A program made the position numbers and the translations under genes. The notes beneath the pieces are model-generated. The model was given only the letters and a program-made list of their open reading frames with translations, had not been told where the DNA came from and searched no databases. A stretch of 64,000 bases of DNA from Octopus sinensis (lineage: Eukaryota). The stretch lies in assembly GCF_006345805.1 (NCBI RefSeq), contig NC_042997.1, positions 123,008,001 through 123,072,000 on the forward strand. Direction: 5' to 3'. Below, one piece after another: positions 26,050 through 39,729 of this stretch. Positions within the stretch are counted from its first letter, which is position 1, and each line of letters starts with the position of its first letter.

Positions 26050-27835
26050 AAACTTAGTTGGAGTTATATTAAGATATATAAAAAATATTGTAAAATGTCC
26101 CACTGGTTCCGCGAAAATGAAACCGGTATGACTATATATATATTTAGCCCGTCTATGATCTTACACGTGACATTAAATGTAGTAATTAAATTTCCCTCAA
26201 GTCACATGCAATTAATTTTGTGGTTGATTTTAACCATGGTCTTTAAAGTCTAGCGTGAGTAGGGAAATAAACGCTACCATCATATATTATATTTGCAAAG
26301 TAGCGTATTCCTTTCCTGATTTAAATGTTTAGGAACAGGAGAAGGGAATTCTTCATTGTACTTGTAGAGGTTTCGGGATTTTTTGAAACAACAGTAGAGT
26401 TTATTGCTATCAGCAAAAAGGATGGTAATAGTACTTGCATCTAGATGAGGTGATGCAGCGGGTTATGTATTTATTATCAACCTCCAACGAAAGAACTTTC
26501 TCTCTGACGAGACTCCCTCGTAGGAAAATGCATTTTTTTAATGTTAATATGACCCTTTGCTGGTGACGCGTCAAAATGAAAGCATATTAAACGATAATAT
26601 ATCAATCAATTGATTGCCTATTTCATTAAGAATTATACTAATAGTAAAATATTAACTGTACTTGTGATTTATTTACGGAATGATACATAAAAATTTCATC
26701 CTACACATCAAGAATCTCGCAAGACAATGGTAAGCATTCATACATATATGTATGCTTGTATGCATGAGTATTTGTATGAGCGTATATGTGCATATATTAG
26801 TGTACCTGTGTATGTGTTCGCATAGAAACTTATACAAGAATAGATATATTTAAAAGTGTCATTTTGATATAGTTGATGGTAGGTAGGAGCATTCTAAAAT
26901 ATTCTTCAATGCTTTATTGTGGTGCAAGCTTACATTGATTCACAAAGATTGAGAAAGGCGCCATATGAACATCAATTGTGATTATGTTATGAAAGGCATT
27001 ATACTAAAAACATAAGAATTGCTTATTTGCTTCTGTATAGAATGCAACGTCAAGGAGAACATTATGTAGAAATGTAAAAACGAATCCGTAAATTTTGTAC
27101 AATGGAAATCATCTGCGATTTTTGAAACAACGGAAAAACAAAACAAAGCAAAATATGATCTCTAGCTATGCATCTGTTACTCTACGTTATTATCAACAAA
27201 AATTGTCGTGAGACTTCGAATATTCAATGCGAACATTGCTTTATTGAACATGACGTAAATTGACAATATATTCACAATAAATGCATATAATCGCCACATA
27301 TAATGGACGATGTAAATGTATGGAGAAATATTCTGATGGAGACTGAATAAATAATATGTAAGAGAATTTAGTGCTCTTGTTGGAGGATAGTTAGCAGCAA
27401 TCAAAATATATTATTGACAATAATCGAGTAAAAACTTTATATGCAAAATATATATTTCATCAATTGTAAAACACCCACAAGCGTTTTGATGGAGCTATTG
27501 TATCCGAGATTGGTAAGTGAGAATTCAAATCTGCATGTGACGCCGAGTTTCTACATGTGACAGAGATAAAATCTTTCAATAAGTAAGAAAAAAGAAAACA
27601 CAATAATAAAAAAGGCATTGATGCGCTGAAAGGTATAGAATGTCTTCGTATTGTTGAATGAATTTCCAAGTTAATATAGTTAAATGCATTTTCTGGGGGT
27701 GTCGTGTCTTCGGATGTGGAGAAATCATTTCAACAAAAATAAATCTTAATGAAACATACTTGTCTCTTAAAAATTAAAGTATCCTTTTATTTAAAAATAA
27801 TACGTAACTGCTAGATTATTTTACACACACGCACA

Positions 27836-27911
<76 letters not shown>

Positions 27912-27921
27912 GAGAGATAAT

Positions 27922-29635
27922 CATAAACTTACATAAACTTAGATATGTTTCGACAAAAGATTGGTCCAGGCAATGTCTAACTTAATAGCACCACTTGATG
28001 TGATTATCTAAATCCTCTCTAAGTCAAGTTTTGTTTATGGTCCATTCAGGTAGTGAGTTTTTGTAGGGTGTGTTGTATCCAATTATTGGTGGCTTATCTG
28101 TTATTCCTTGAAGGAATCTATCCAGACTCCGTTTAAACTTGATGGGATCATTTTTCTCTTCGATCTCTTTCGAGACAATGTTAAATAAGGCAGGACCTGT
28201 TGAGGAAAAGAAATTATGTTGCAGTGTACATATATGCTGTGATCCTGAATTGGGCAAGTGACATATGGCCAGTGGTCCCAGTCTTGGATGAACCTTGAAG
28301 CTAATGTTCAGATCGTTTGGGCAAAGTTGGCGGTATATTCTTCACATCGTACAAATTATGTACCGCTCACGGCGGCGCTGGAGAGAGTAGAGTTTCAAGG
28401 CTTTAACGCGATCCCAATAATCGAGAGCAGCCATGGCTTCAATTCGTTTAGTGTTTGCCATCTGGGGTGGTTCAATCCTCGAAATGTTTTGTCTTGTATG
28501 GGGAGACCACAGCGGGCAGCAGTATTCGAGGTGTGGCCGTACAAAGGAGGAGAAAAGTGATATGATGATACCTTGTTCTCTGGACCGGAAAGTTCTTAAG
28601 ATCCAGGAACTCATCCTACGAGCTATATCGACCTTATTGTTGATGTGGGCACTCCAACTGAGATTGTCATCAACAATTACGCCCAGGTCTCTGATATTGT
28701 TAGAGGCGGTGAGCTTTTTCCCCGAAGGAAAAGGGTATGGCTGTTTTAATGTGAACTTTCTTCCAAAATGCATCAGCTCAAATTTTCCCTCTTTCAGTTG
28801 CATTTTGTTCCTGTCTGCCCATTGAATCACAGCATATATATCAGACTGGAGTTGAGTTCGGTCTGCTTCTTCATTGATGATTTGCTGGAGCTTAGTGTCA
28901 TCAGCAAATATTTTCAATTTGCAGTAATGTACGACACTGGAAAGGTCATTTATATAAATTATAAAAAGGAGCGGGCACGAAACAGTCCCCTGGGGGACAC
29001 CGCTGGTGACTTTTGCTAGACTTGAGTGGACTCCATCGACTGCAACATGTTGTGTTCTATTCACCAGGAAATACTTAATCCAGTGTAGAAGTTTTCCACG
29101 GATTCCAACATATGCCAATTTTGAGAGTAGGATATTATGGTCAACCCTGACGAACGCTTTACTGAAGTCAAGATAGATGACACCAGATTTCGAACCTGTT
29201 CCCAAGGCTTTAAGTATATCTTCAATGTGGTGTAAGAGTTGTGTTAGACAGCTTCTGCCACAGCGAAAGCCATGCTGATTTGCATTTAGAAGTTTGTGGG
29301 TCTCCATGAAGTCAGCTATCCTTGATCTTGACACTTTTTCAAACACTTTAATGATGTGGGAGGTGAGTGAGATTGGGCGATAGTTGACTGCGAGGGATCT
29401 GTTTCTCTGTTTGAAAACTGGGATGACAGACTGGGAGAGGAGCTGTTGCGGTATATAACCTGAGTCTAACAAATTTCTCCAGAGGTTGGTCAGAGGGACT
29501 TCAAGTTGGTGTCTACATTCCTTCAGAAGACTAGCGGGGAATATATAAGGGTATACAGCAGAATAGTATTTGATCTCATTTATTGCTGCTATGATGTCTG
29601 AAGCAGTGAAGGTTATGTCTGAGATTTTATGTTGG
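27922..29635 (-). mobile_element. 5'-truncated CR1-clade LINE (reverse transcriptase region and 3' end)
   Basis: ORF 28342-29655 has RT motifs NYRPISLTS, NQHGFR..RSCLTQLL, YLDFSKAF, SGVPQGTV, FADDTKL and HLEYCCPLWSP. A downstream C-terminal peptide follows at 28024-28257, and the element ends in an (AAGTTTATGT)n-like tail at 27922-27941. Confidence 0.92.
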
Positions 29636-29655
29636 ACAATCCCAGCAAAGGTCAC
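28342..29655 (-). pseudogene. CR1 reverse transcriptase fragment, 437-aa open stretch without an endonuclease domain
   Basis: RT motifs as above, with non-consensus substitutions (KAFVRVDH, VSCPLL). The apparent start codon lies in the antisense strand of an inverted fragment. Confidence 0.85.
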
Positions 29656-29750
29656 CAGCGGTGTCCCCCAGGGGACTGTCTTGGGCCCGCTCCTCTTTAT
29701 AATTTATATAAACTACCTTTCTAGTGTCGTACATTACTGCAAAGTGAAAA

Positions 29751-29758
<8 letters not shown>
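29644..29758 (+). mobile_element. Inverted copy of CR1 RT motifs (PQG to pre-xADD)
   Basis: Reverse complement of 28905-29017 with about 10 differences; encodes AKVTSGVPQGTVLGPLLFIIYINYLSSVVHYCKVKIY. Confidence 0.88.
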
Positions 29759-29817
<59 letters not shown>

Positions 29818-29958
29818 ACTATATACATTATATTATTTTTGTAATTTACTTAATCTTTACTTTTTAATTGTTATCTTAACTCTTTTCTATTATATATAAT
29901 TTTCTAGATGGTATAATTTAATTATTTATTTTGATTTGATAAAAGGTGTTATTGTTTC

Positions 29959-30003
<45 letters not shown>

Positions 30004-30270
30004 ATGTGTTTGTGTGTGTTTATGTATACAAATGATAAAGGAATAAGGGACTAGCTTATAAAATTCGTTTGCTTATAGCTGTTTCTGCTATAAGATACAG
30101 TGGTCTCATAGTTGGGTGCCTGAGTATTCCCTTGTCATCTCATTTTCTGATTACCGCTCCATCCTCAACTAACGGTTCGTTCTGAAGCATATTAATATCC
30201 AGTTCTACACCAGGTTATTAGCTTCGGAATCCCAAAGCGATATATATATATATACACACATATATATATA

Positions 30271-30520
30271 GCTGGAATTGCTGTGCGCTAAGTAGCTTGC
30301 TTACCAACTACATGGTTCCGGGTTCAGTCCTACTACGTGGCACCTTGGGCAAGTGTCTTCTACTATAGTCTCGGGCTGACCAAAGCCTTGTGAGTGGATT
30401 TGGTAGACGGAAACTGAAAGAAGTCCGTCGTATATATGTATATATGTGTGTGTGTTTGTGTGTCTGTGTTTGTCCCTACCCCCCACTCAACATTGCTTGA
30501 CAACCGATACTGGTGTGTAT
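30271..30520 (+). mobile_element. SINE (same family as 42952 and 61805), 3'-truncated
   Basis: GTAGCTTGCTTACCAAC..GGTTCCGGGTTCAGTCC..GGCACCTTGGGCAAGTGTCTTCTACTATAG..GACGGAAACTGAAAGAAG matches the other copies. Confidence 0.88.
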
Positions 30521-30539
30521 TCGTGAACGAATACTCTAG

Positions 30540-31075
30540 ACATATTCCAAACCATTTTAAGTTATGACAACACCATGAGTTAGCCAACATGCTACATTAG
30601 AAAGTGGGAACTAGTGACATGCGAGATGTAGTATAAGCCCAAACCGCAGAGATTTCCCGATCCAAACAGATCAGACACTCGAGCATAACAAGCCCGAAAT
30701 TATTGTGACGGACAAGGTCAACCACATGTGCCATATGACTGATGTTGCGTGCCTCCTTTCATCCACGAATAAGTGAAAAACTAAATATTTACAATCCTCT
30801 TAAGTACGAATTTGCCCACTAACAAAAATGAAGATAGTGAAGAGAGTGCCAGTTATTATTATGACCTTGGAGACAGCATTAGAAAGTATGAAGAGGAATA
30901 TAAAATAAATCAGAATGGATTGCCTAGTAGATATATTATAAGAGGTAACAACTCATCACTTCATCTAGATAGCTGAAAAGAGCAGGTAGCACGAGGCCTT
31001 AGGCTGCAGGTAGCAAACCTGCTTCCTTTACAAGACTTCAGGAATTCTAACAAAATCTAAGTCAAAGGAGTAAAA
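30540..31075 (+). mobile_element. R4/Dong-like non-LTR retrotransposon, 3' fragment (restriction-like endonuclease domain and 3' UTR)
   Basis: Decayed translation QTDQTLEHNKPEIIVTDKVNHMCHMTDVAC..EKLNIYNPLKYE..RVPVIIMTL resembles the PD..D REL domain; ends at the (AAT)n array. Confidence 0.65.
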
Positions 31076-31076
31076 T

Positions 31077-31283
31077 TAATAATAATAATAATGATAATAA
31101 TAATAATAACAAAAACAACAACAATAACAACAACAACAACAACAACAATAATAATGATAATAACAACAACAGCAACAATAACAACAACAACAACAGCAAC
31201 AATAATAATAATAATGATAATAATAATAATAACAAAAACAACAATAATAACAACAAAAACAACGACAATAATAATAATAATAA

Positions 31284-31314
<31 letters not shown>

Positions 31315-31328
31315 AACAATAACAATAC

Positions 31329-31361
<33 letters not shown>

Positions 31362-31390
31362 TAAAAATAATAATAATAATAATAATAATA
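31077..31390. repeat. Compound trinucleotide array (AAT/AAC/CAG)n
   Basis: Direct reading; source of the poly-I/T/L/V ORFs. Confidence 0.97.
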
Positions 31391-31391
31391 A

Positions 31392-32585
31392 AGCAGAGTA
31401 TCAAGGTAGAGGATGTAAGATCTGCTCTCAGGAAGTCAAGCAAATGGAAGTCTCCAGGAAAGGACAACATTCCTAAGTTCTGGTTGAATGCCTTCCCAGA
31501 GAGCCATGAATTGCTAACAAAAATTTACAACAATGTTTTGCAACAATCTAGTGTGATTCCCTCTTGGTATAACATTCCTACTTCCAAAAACAATGAAGAA
31601 ACAAATGAACCAAAACATAATTGACCCATATAAAACGCTAACATCTTTTTTGACTGAATATACCTATAGTCAATTAATAGAAAATGATATATTCCCTAAT
31701 GAGCCAAAAGGATGTAAACGTGGGTCCTATGGTTGTAAATTTCAGTTACACATCAATAAGATGATCTTCGAAAATAGTCACAAATAACACAAAAACTTGT
31801 CGATAACACGGATAGATTAAAAAAAGGTTTTGATAGTCTACCACATAGCTGGATTAAGAAATGTCTGGAAATGTATAAAATAGCACCTACTCAGGGAAAC
31901 TTTTTGTTGGTAAGATCAAGGAGTACCATACTGACTATGAACAGTAACAATGAATATCTTAATGCTGGAGATGTAAGAATTTCGTGTGGCATTTTCCAGG
32001 GTGACTTTCTATAACGAATCCTCCTTTGCCTACCCTTAATACATCTCTCGAAATTGCTCAATGATGTAATTACGGTTATACAATATTTGATGAAAATATA
32101 AATCCTCTCATTTACATGGATGATTTAAAGAACTTTGCAAAAAATGACCAACAACAACAAGGCTTACTAGCGATTGTTAAACAATTCAGTGATGACATCA
32201 GAATGCAATTTGACCTCGATAAATGTGCAAAGCTACCTTTATCAAAGGAAAAACTCACAAACATCTAACGTTAACCTTGACTAGCAGACTGTCACGAAGG
32301 AGCTAGAACCAGCGGAGAGCTAAAATACGTAGGGGTATTTGAAGGGGACGGAATCAAACATTCAGTGATGAGGGAAAGGAACGGAAGAGAATGTTATCGT
32401 AGGGTAAGAACAATACTCAAGACAGAGCTGAATGCAAGAAACAGGGATGAAGTTATCAATACTTTAACCATACCAGTCGTGACTTACAGTTTCAATATCA
32501 TTAAGTGGTCAATTATTGAAATATGTAATCTTGAGAGAAAAATACGAATATTGTTGTCAATGCATAGAATGCCCCACCCTACCAA
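31392..32585 (+). mobile_element. R4/Dong-like retrotransposon RT fragment, frameshifted
   Basis: Peptides WKSPGKDNIPKFWL, KGCKRGSYGCKFQLHINKMIFEN, GFDSLPHSWIKKCLE, GIFQGD, YMDDLK and ELNARNRDEVINTLTIPVVTYSF; YMDD is typical of RLE-clade RTs. Confidence 0.85.
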
Positions 32586-32849
32586 GAAAATAGAGAGGTC
32601 GTGGACTTTTATCACTGGAATTAATTTGACAAATTAAATTTAGAAAATTCAATTCTATATTTAAACGGTGAGGAATTATGTACGTTATTTACATTGTTTA
32701 CATTATTTACATTCCACTAGATGAGGACAAACACCCATCGAATGTAAATAATGTAAATAAAGTAAATAAGGTTAAATTTAGATGTTGAAGTGAATCTAAC
32801 AGTTTTTGTGGGTTTTTAAATGGCTTATAATCACTTTCCACGCGGCAAT

Positions 32850-32861
32850 ATTATTATTATT

Positions 32862-32916
<55 letters not shown>

Positions 32917-32963
32917 TAATAATAATAATAATAATAATAATAAGAAGAAGAAGAAGAAGAAGA
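32850..32963. repeat. (TAT)n-(AAT)n-(AGA)n trinucleotide array
   Basis: Direct reading. Confidence 0.95.
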
Positions 32964-34708
32964 AGGGTATCCTTAGCGTTCATAATACAGGGGCAAAAGA
33001 ACTAGACATACTCGAAAAATTTTAATATCTGCATATGGAAAACGAAAAACAATTAGTCATTTTTGGTCGATGAGATGAAAATCGTAGTAATAGGAATAGT
33101 AGCATTATAAATTAAATAGATAGCGACAATAATCATAGTATGGATAATTATTATCCCAGAAATAATATTCTGAATAACGATATTGATAACAACAACAATA
33201 ATAATGATAATTTCTTCAATATATATAGTTATTCTGCTGACAGTAGGTGCGATGCAGTGAATGCATCTGGTAGTGTGACCTATGTTATTCTATTCCCAAG
33301 TTACCTAAATTATGTAAATCTAATAATAAAAATAAACGTTACGCCCGCTTGACAAGAACTGCTTAATTAATAATATTGTATTTAGATGTAGCCTTATGAC
33401 TAATCAACGAACAATCGTTCACAATAGGTTTTACATCTAATTCCAAACCAAGATAACATAATAACGACACCATTCCGAAGTAGAGAGTCTATCTTCCCTT
33501 GGCTCGAGGATCTGGCAATTAAAAGGATTAAATTGGTAAGTGAATTTACCTATAGTGTTTAACTTACCTTGTAGCATTTGTAAATATACTAAGCCTTATA
33601 TTAGTGATACATCTGGTTCCAATCGCTGTTATTTTGAAGTGCTTGAAATCTAAAAATGCTCAAGTAATATTATCCTAAGTAAATTTGAGGAGACTTGGGA
33701 AAATATTCATGTTTTATCCGATGAACTTTCTTATACTTCAAACTTAATTTATAAATTTTCTCAGTTTGCTAGAAGAAAGATTTCTCTAATCTATTTTCAT
33801 TCACTTGAGCCTTTATTTATTCCTTTGATTCAAGTTTGATTTAAACAACCTCAGATATTTCTTGTCAACTCAATATAAAATGTCACCATAGTTTATAATA
33901 TTAATTGCGCTACATATATTCTCCTCTTAATATTGGTTTTTATTTTTCTCATACGTGATTTTGAATTACTTTGATCCATTCTTACCACTATGCACAATTT
34001 CGAGATTTACGGACCGTGCTTGCATTTTTGGAAATTCCTGTTGGCCTATTGGAACAAGGTAAAAGGATCACATAGGGTCAATAGCGAAAAGTAGAGTATC
34101 CCCCGTTGTTGACATTGAGTAGCGAGGTCCTTTCCTTTTCCGTTTTCTAGAGAGAGTGCTCGCTAGGGAGGCCATAATCCAACACGTTTGGGATCTGATG
34201 ATACGTTGCAAAGCTAAGCGTTTTATGCACGTGAAATCCCATAAACCCATAATCCTATAAACCAGCCTTATCAAACTTTGTATAATATACTGCTCCATAA
34301 ATTAGTGTATGCTTCTTTTTCTGAATTATGTTTTAGTGATCATATATATATCTGGGGTAACATCCAGATTCCACTCAGGCGTAACCTTCTATAGCCACTC
34401 TCTTATTTACATGTGGTAATCCATACATACGTGTTGAAATGCATGATACTAAAGTACATATATGCACTCATATATATATATATGGATGTATGTACGTACA
34501 TAGTTTGATACTATGTACGTATGTGTAGTTGTATGTGTGTGTATGTCTTGTGTGGTGTGTATGTTAGTGTATTAGCATGTACAAGCATGGCATGCACATA
34601 TGGGTATGTGTAGATATATGTATGTTTTGTATATGTATATGGGTAAAAAAAGAATAGAATAAAATAAAGTAAATTTCAATTTTAACCGCTGTCCTTGAAA
34701 CTAGTGTC

Positions 34709-34740
<32 letters not shown>

Positions 34741-34953
34741 TATATATGTTTAGAGAGAAAGAGAGAGAGATGGATAAGCGTATATGTGTGTATACTTTAC
34801 GATTATACGTATATTAGTGAGTGCTTGTAAGTGTCTATATGATTATGTGCACTTGTATATATATATATATATATAATAAATATTAGGGAATAAATCCAAA
34901 TTTACAGGGAAAAATCAAATTTTGGATTGAATCCAATTTTATAGTAAAATATA

Positions 34954-35241
34954 ATATAATATTAATTAGAGACAAAACCACTATTATGCAAATCAAACAA
35001 AGAAAGACTTAATCCAATACATAAAAAATTTTATATAAATTAAATATATAAATATATTTAGGAGAGTGTGTGGACGTGTCTGTGTGTATCTACATGTGTA
35101 TGTACATGTGAAGGTATGTTTATATACTGATATGTGTCTATTCAAGTTGTATACATGACTGTTACTTTGTTGAAGGTTGTATACACACCCATATATATAA
35201 AATTCTTTGTTTGATTTGCATAATAGTGGTTTTGTCTCTAA

Positions 35242-35290
<49 letters not shown>

Positions 35291-35649
35291 TAAGGTTATG
35301 TGTGAATATATGTATCTAAGACGTTGTATCCATTCACCGTTAGACAGTGGTGAGAGGGACAAACGCGCACACACACAGACATATATATATATATGTGTGT
35401 GTGTGTGTCTATTTTACCTATATACATGTATATGGGTGTGTATACAACCTTCAACAAAGTAACAGTCATGTATTCAACTTGAATAGACACATATCAGTAT
35501 ATAAACATACCTTCACATGTACATACACATGTAGATACACACAGACACGTCCACACACTCTCCTAAATATATTTATATATTAATTTATATAAAAGTTTTT
35601 ATGTATTGGATTAAGTCTTTCTTTGTTTGATTTGCATAATAGTGGTTTT
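34954..35649. repeat. Nested inverted repeats (about 221-bp and 51-bp arms)
   Basis: 34974-35195 is the near-perfect reverse complement of 35429-35649; 34954-35004 is the reverse complement of 35203-35253. Confidence 0.92.
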
Positions 35650-36045
35650 CACATGCATACATAAGTACATACGTACATAATTACATACATACGTACATAC
35701 ATACATACATGCACACATACATACGTACATATATATCATGAACTAACTATTACTCTTTCAGATGCATCACGGAATTTTGTCAGTGAACAGGTCGTGGTCT
35801 CAAAGCGACGAAAATATTTTGACAAGTTAAATTTAAATTTTGAAGTGAATTTAACGGATTTTCTATGTTCCATAAATAGCTTATAAACACCTTCCATGCT
35901 GCAATAAATATATTATATATATATATATTTAATGTAGGATAAAATTTTTTCGAATGAAATTTTATCAATGGCCTGCATATGGAAAATATGTCCAATTTCG
36001 GCATATTTGGCATTAGAAAATTTTTCGTTTGCCTTATTTATAAGT

Positions 36046-36096
<51 letters not shown>

Positions 36097-37034
36097 TATA
36101 TGCAAAAATGTATTGTTGCAAAGTACATTGTTGATATCTAAACGCCAACAGAAATTTCTAAAACTGATTTACAACCGGCTCGTGGACATTCATGTGAAAT
36201 TAAGAAACAATAGTTGGAACGAAATAAATATTTGTGGGATGTTCGAAAGTTAGTAATGCATTTTTATTTAATTCCTTTAGTTGTGTATTAGACAAATACA
36301 TATTAGTTGTAATTTGCAGTTTTCATCCAAATGGAGAAGTACTTGCGAAACTAACAGTTATGTATGTTGATATGCCATTCATACATGAGACTTTCAAATA
36401 ATTCTTTGCCGCAGGTTGACACTAAGTGATAAATCTAGCTGCTTGTGAAGCAGAATATTTTCCGATATTTTACCAATCCATAATTATATCTGCAAGCATT
36501 ATCTTAAAATGATCCTCATTCAAATGTAAACGTGTTATTCCAGAAATAATAAGATTGGTTTATGCTTTAAGAAGACTCGGAAACCTGCTTTTTACAAGGT
36601 GACGGCATTATGATTTCGACCGAGTATAAATGTATTTGTTGAAAAAAAGGAGGAAAACGAGAATATTTAAGTTTAGTGTTGAATCGAAAAACATTTCTAT
36701 TTAAAAGCAAAAGAGGCATATATGAATGACATGACTAACAACTAAACCTAAATGAAAGCGTTTACAAAAATGCAAATATCAATGCCTCTTCGGCATACGA
36801 TATTAAAAATCAACTCTAAATTAGGTTTTAAATTACAAGAGCATACTGTATTATGAATATCATTTGAGATTTCTAAGGAAGGAATTGCTGTAATTAAAAT
36901 CAAGATGTTAAATTTCATAATTACCTAATAATTAAATTATTAATGTTACTATATATTTAAATATAATTATACTGCCGTAACACAATGAACCCTTTTAATG
37001 CTTCAATATAACCAATTTACTGAATAAATATATA

Positions 37035-37095
<61 letters not shown>

Positions 37096-37984
37096 TATAC
37101 AGATATATGTGCGTGTGTGTGTGTGTGTGTGTTCCTAATTAGTATTTTATCACTGGAATGTTTAAAATGAATCTACTTAAAACACGTATTTTCCTTTAGT
37201 TCTTTTCAGTATGGAATGTAGTCCGCGCATATCGCTACATTTTAGAATGCAGTTTACTACCTGAAAAATCATATCATGGAAACTGGAAGAAATATGTGGA
37301 ATGGAAATCCATTGGGGGATAAACAAAGCTACGCACCTGTTAGAGGCAACGAATGGATAACTAGCAACTATGTGCCAAAATAAGAATCAAGACAAAAAAC
37401 AATGAATTAAAGAATACAGTAAGAGTTGAAGTCCTTTTCTCGGACGATAGTGATTATACTTATATGAATTACAGTATAAGCAAAGAAACTATATAATAAT
37501 GAGATCGGAATCAATCTAAGGCGACGAATATAAACGACTTCCGCCACATATTTTCTGAAGCGATAAGATGCAAGATGGCTTGTTTTATTCACTACGCTTT
37601 AACTTCAGATCATGTTATACAGAGCTTCACTAATATTTCGGGTTCAATAGAGATGCATCTATCTAAAGCTGAGATATACCATTTTCTCAGAATTTATCTC
37701 TGCACCAGTAGTATAAATTTTCAGCCAGTCTGTGCACATGTCACCGGTATTTTCAGATGTGGTTACATGGAACTGATTATGCAGTTCCTTGTTGCATAGT
37801 GCTTCTTTATGCCTTTTTTCTACTGCTTAGATTGTCTTTTCCCTTTTTTTTGCTTTAAGAACGTAATCATTACTAACAGACATTAGTACGATTTCCTTAC
37901 TTGTCATTGGCATCGTCATCAACATCCTCTTCCTCCCCTTCATCATCCTTATCATCATTATCACTGTTATTATTATTGAGTGAG

Positions 37985-38375
37985 AGATCAGTGCATGGCA
38001 TCAAAGTGAAACTGGAGTAAAATATACGAAACCCAGTATACTCATCATGACTACTCGTCTGATACGAGTACACTAGGCACATGCATCAAAACCATACGTA
38101 CGCGACATGGTGATCTCATATCAAGATAAATAGCACCTGACCTTGCAGGTGGGGCCCAGTTAGAATGGATGTTGAACGAAACACCCATATTTCCAGAAGT
38201 GAATTATTCAAACCCCAAAGAAACTCTCTCAACACATAGCTATGATGCTCCCCACTACTTCTGCTTGTGACCAGAGATGCACATATCCTCAGCTACTAAG
38301 GGACGTATTCAACTGATTAAGGTCAAACAACTGACAAGCAAATCTGTGGTATTGAGCAGAATATATACTATAGCT
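37985..38375. repeat. Probable dispersed SINE-like repeat between trinucleotide tracts
   Basis: More GC-balanced block bounded by (CAT/TAT)n tracts; no second copy in the window and no ORF. Family assignment is from recall only. Confidence 0.3.
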
Positions 38376-38394
38376 CATCTTTTATACCAAGACA

Positions 38395-38429
38395 TTATTA
38401 TTATATTACTATTATTATTATTATTATTA

Positions 38430-38486
<57 letters not shown>

Positions 38487-38490
38487 CATT
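38395..38490. repeat. (TAT)n array
   Basis: Direct reading. Confidence 0.97.
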
Positions 38491-38559
38491 ATTGCCTTTC
38501 ACAACTGCTTCACCGCTCATGCCATCCTGTCATATCTATTGACTTTCCTTATCGCATAA

Positions 38560-39485
38560 CTTGTTATCAGCTGGGTATGCTATAACTATGATCCTGCATA
38601 GTTTGTTTTCTTTCTAAATTAAGACTAGATGTACCTTCCTGTTCTCTATCTCATGGTCACATTAAATCATAAAATCTCACAGGATCTTTGCATTATCATT
38701 TTCGATAATGCTTTCGGGTTTATGTTCGTACCAATTTTTACTGTTTCAAGTCCAATGGACAAGCCTTGCTATATTTTCGTAGCGTCCCTTATATTCCTTC
38801 TGGGCTAGTGGCGTCCATTGAGTGGTAATATGACATACGATTTCACCACTAGTCCACCAATCCTGCACTTATTACTTTGTGATGTGTTGTTTATTCTGTA
38901 TTTTATGTAATTTGTTTTTAGTGCTTGCTTTTGGGCAGCACAGATTACAGCTTCTCTTCCCCGGTTTAAATCACTTTTAGTCATCCACAGTCATTTTTTT
39001 CTCTGTCAGCCTTATCTTTAACATCCCTATGAAATTGTTCATGCATTCTTTTCTTTTACACACCTATTTTCAGTTTCATTCCTTCTCAATTGCTTGCAGA
39101 GTGCGTTATCTTTGCAATCTTTCATCCTACAAAAGCCTGACCTTCTTAATACTAATAATAGCGGTTCTGTAGCATTTTTACATGCTATGTTATGCTGCTT
39201 TCCTGTGCTCTAATGCGGTATTTCATCCAATACGTTCTCTTTCTTCTCCTTTTCTTGGTACATACAGTCCGTCTGTGTCACCTTTTGGGTGGAGTGTCCC
39301 GTATCTAGTTAGCAACTTCCTTGTCTTTCTGTCTAAGTTGTTTAGGTCGTCTACTCTCCATGCGATTACCCCTTCTCCATACCTAAGGAGTGAAACCGCC
39401 CTGGTGTTGATAGCTTCAGTCTTATTCTGATCGTTTAATTTCGACTTAAGGATCAGGCTTGCATGGGATTTCCGTTTGCCTATCA
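38560..39485 (-). mobile_element. R4/Dong-like retrotransposon fragment (post-RT region, CCHC remnant, start of REL domain)
   Basis: ORF 39223-39675 contains KTEAINTRAVSLLRYGEGVIAWRVDDLNNLDRKTRKLLTRYGTLHPKGDTDGLYVPRK, homologous to 32365-32585. Downstream decayed GEIV.HI..LAQKEY and KPESIIENDNAKILWDF-like motifs follow. Confidence 0.8.
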
Positions 39486-39490
39486 ATATT

Positions 39491-39686
39491 ATTATCATTT
39501 TCCTTATCCCCATCATCATCATCATCATCATCATCATCATAATCATCATCATCATCATCATTATCATTATTATTATCATTATTACTATTATTATTATTGT
39601 TAGTGTTGTTGTTGTTGTTGTTGTTGTTGATTTTATTGTTGTTAGCAACAGCAGGATCAGCAACAACAGCAACATTAGTAGTAGTG

Positions 39687-39729
<43 letters not shown>

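Noticed and set aside
34187-34243. GGGAT-CTGATGA-T-ACGTTGCA..TGCACGT-GAAATCCC, a hairpin containing both hammerhead core strands
   Set aside because: Helix I is absent (the would-be cleavage C is the first C of the core) and there is an extra base before helix II; it cannot form a cis hammerhead.
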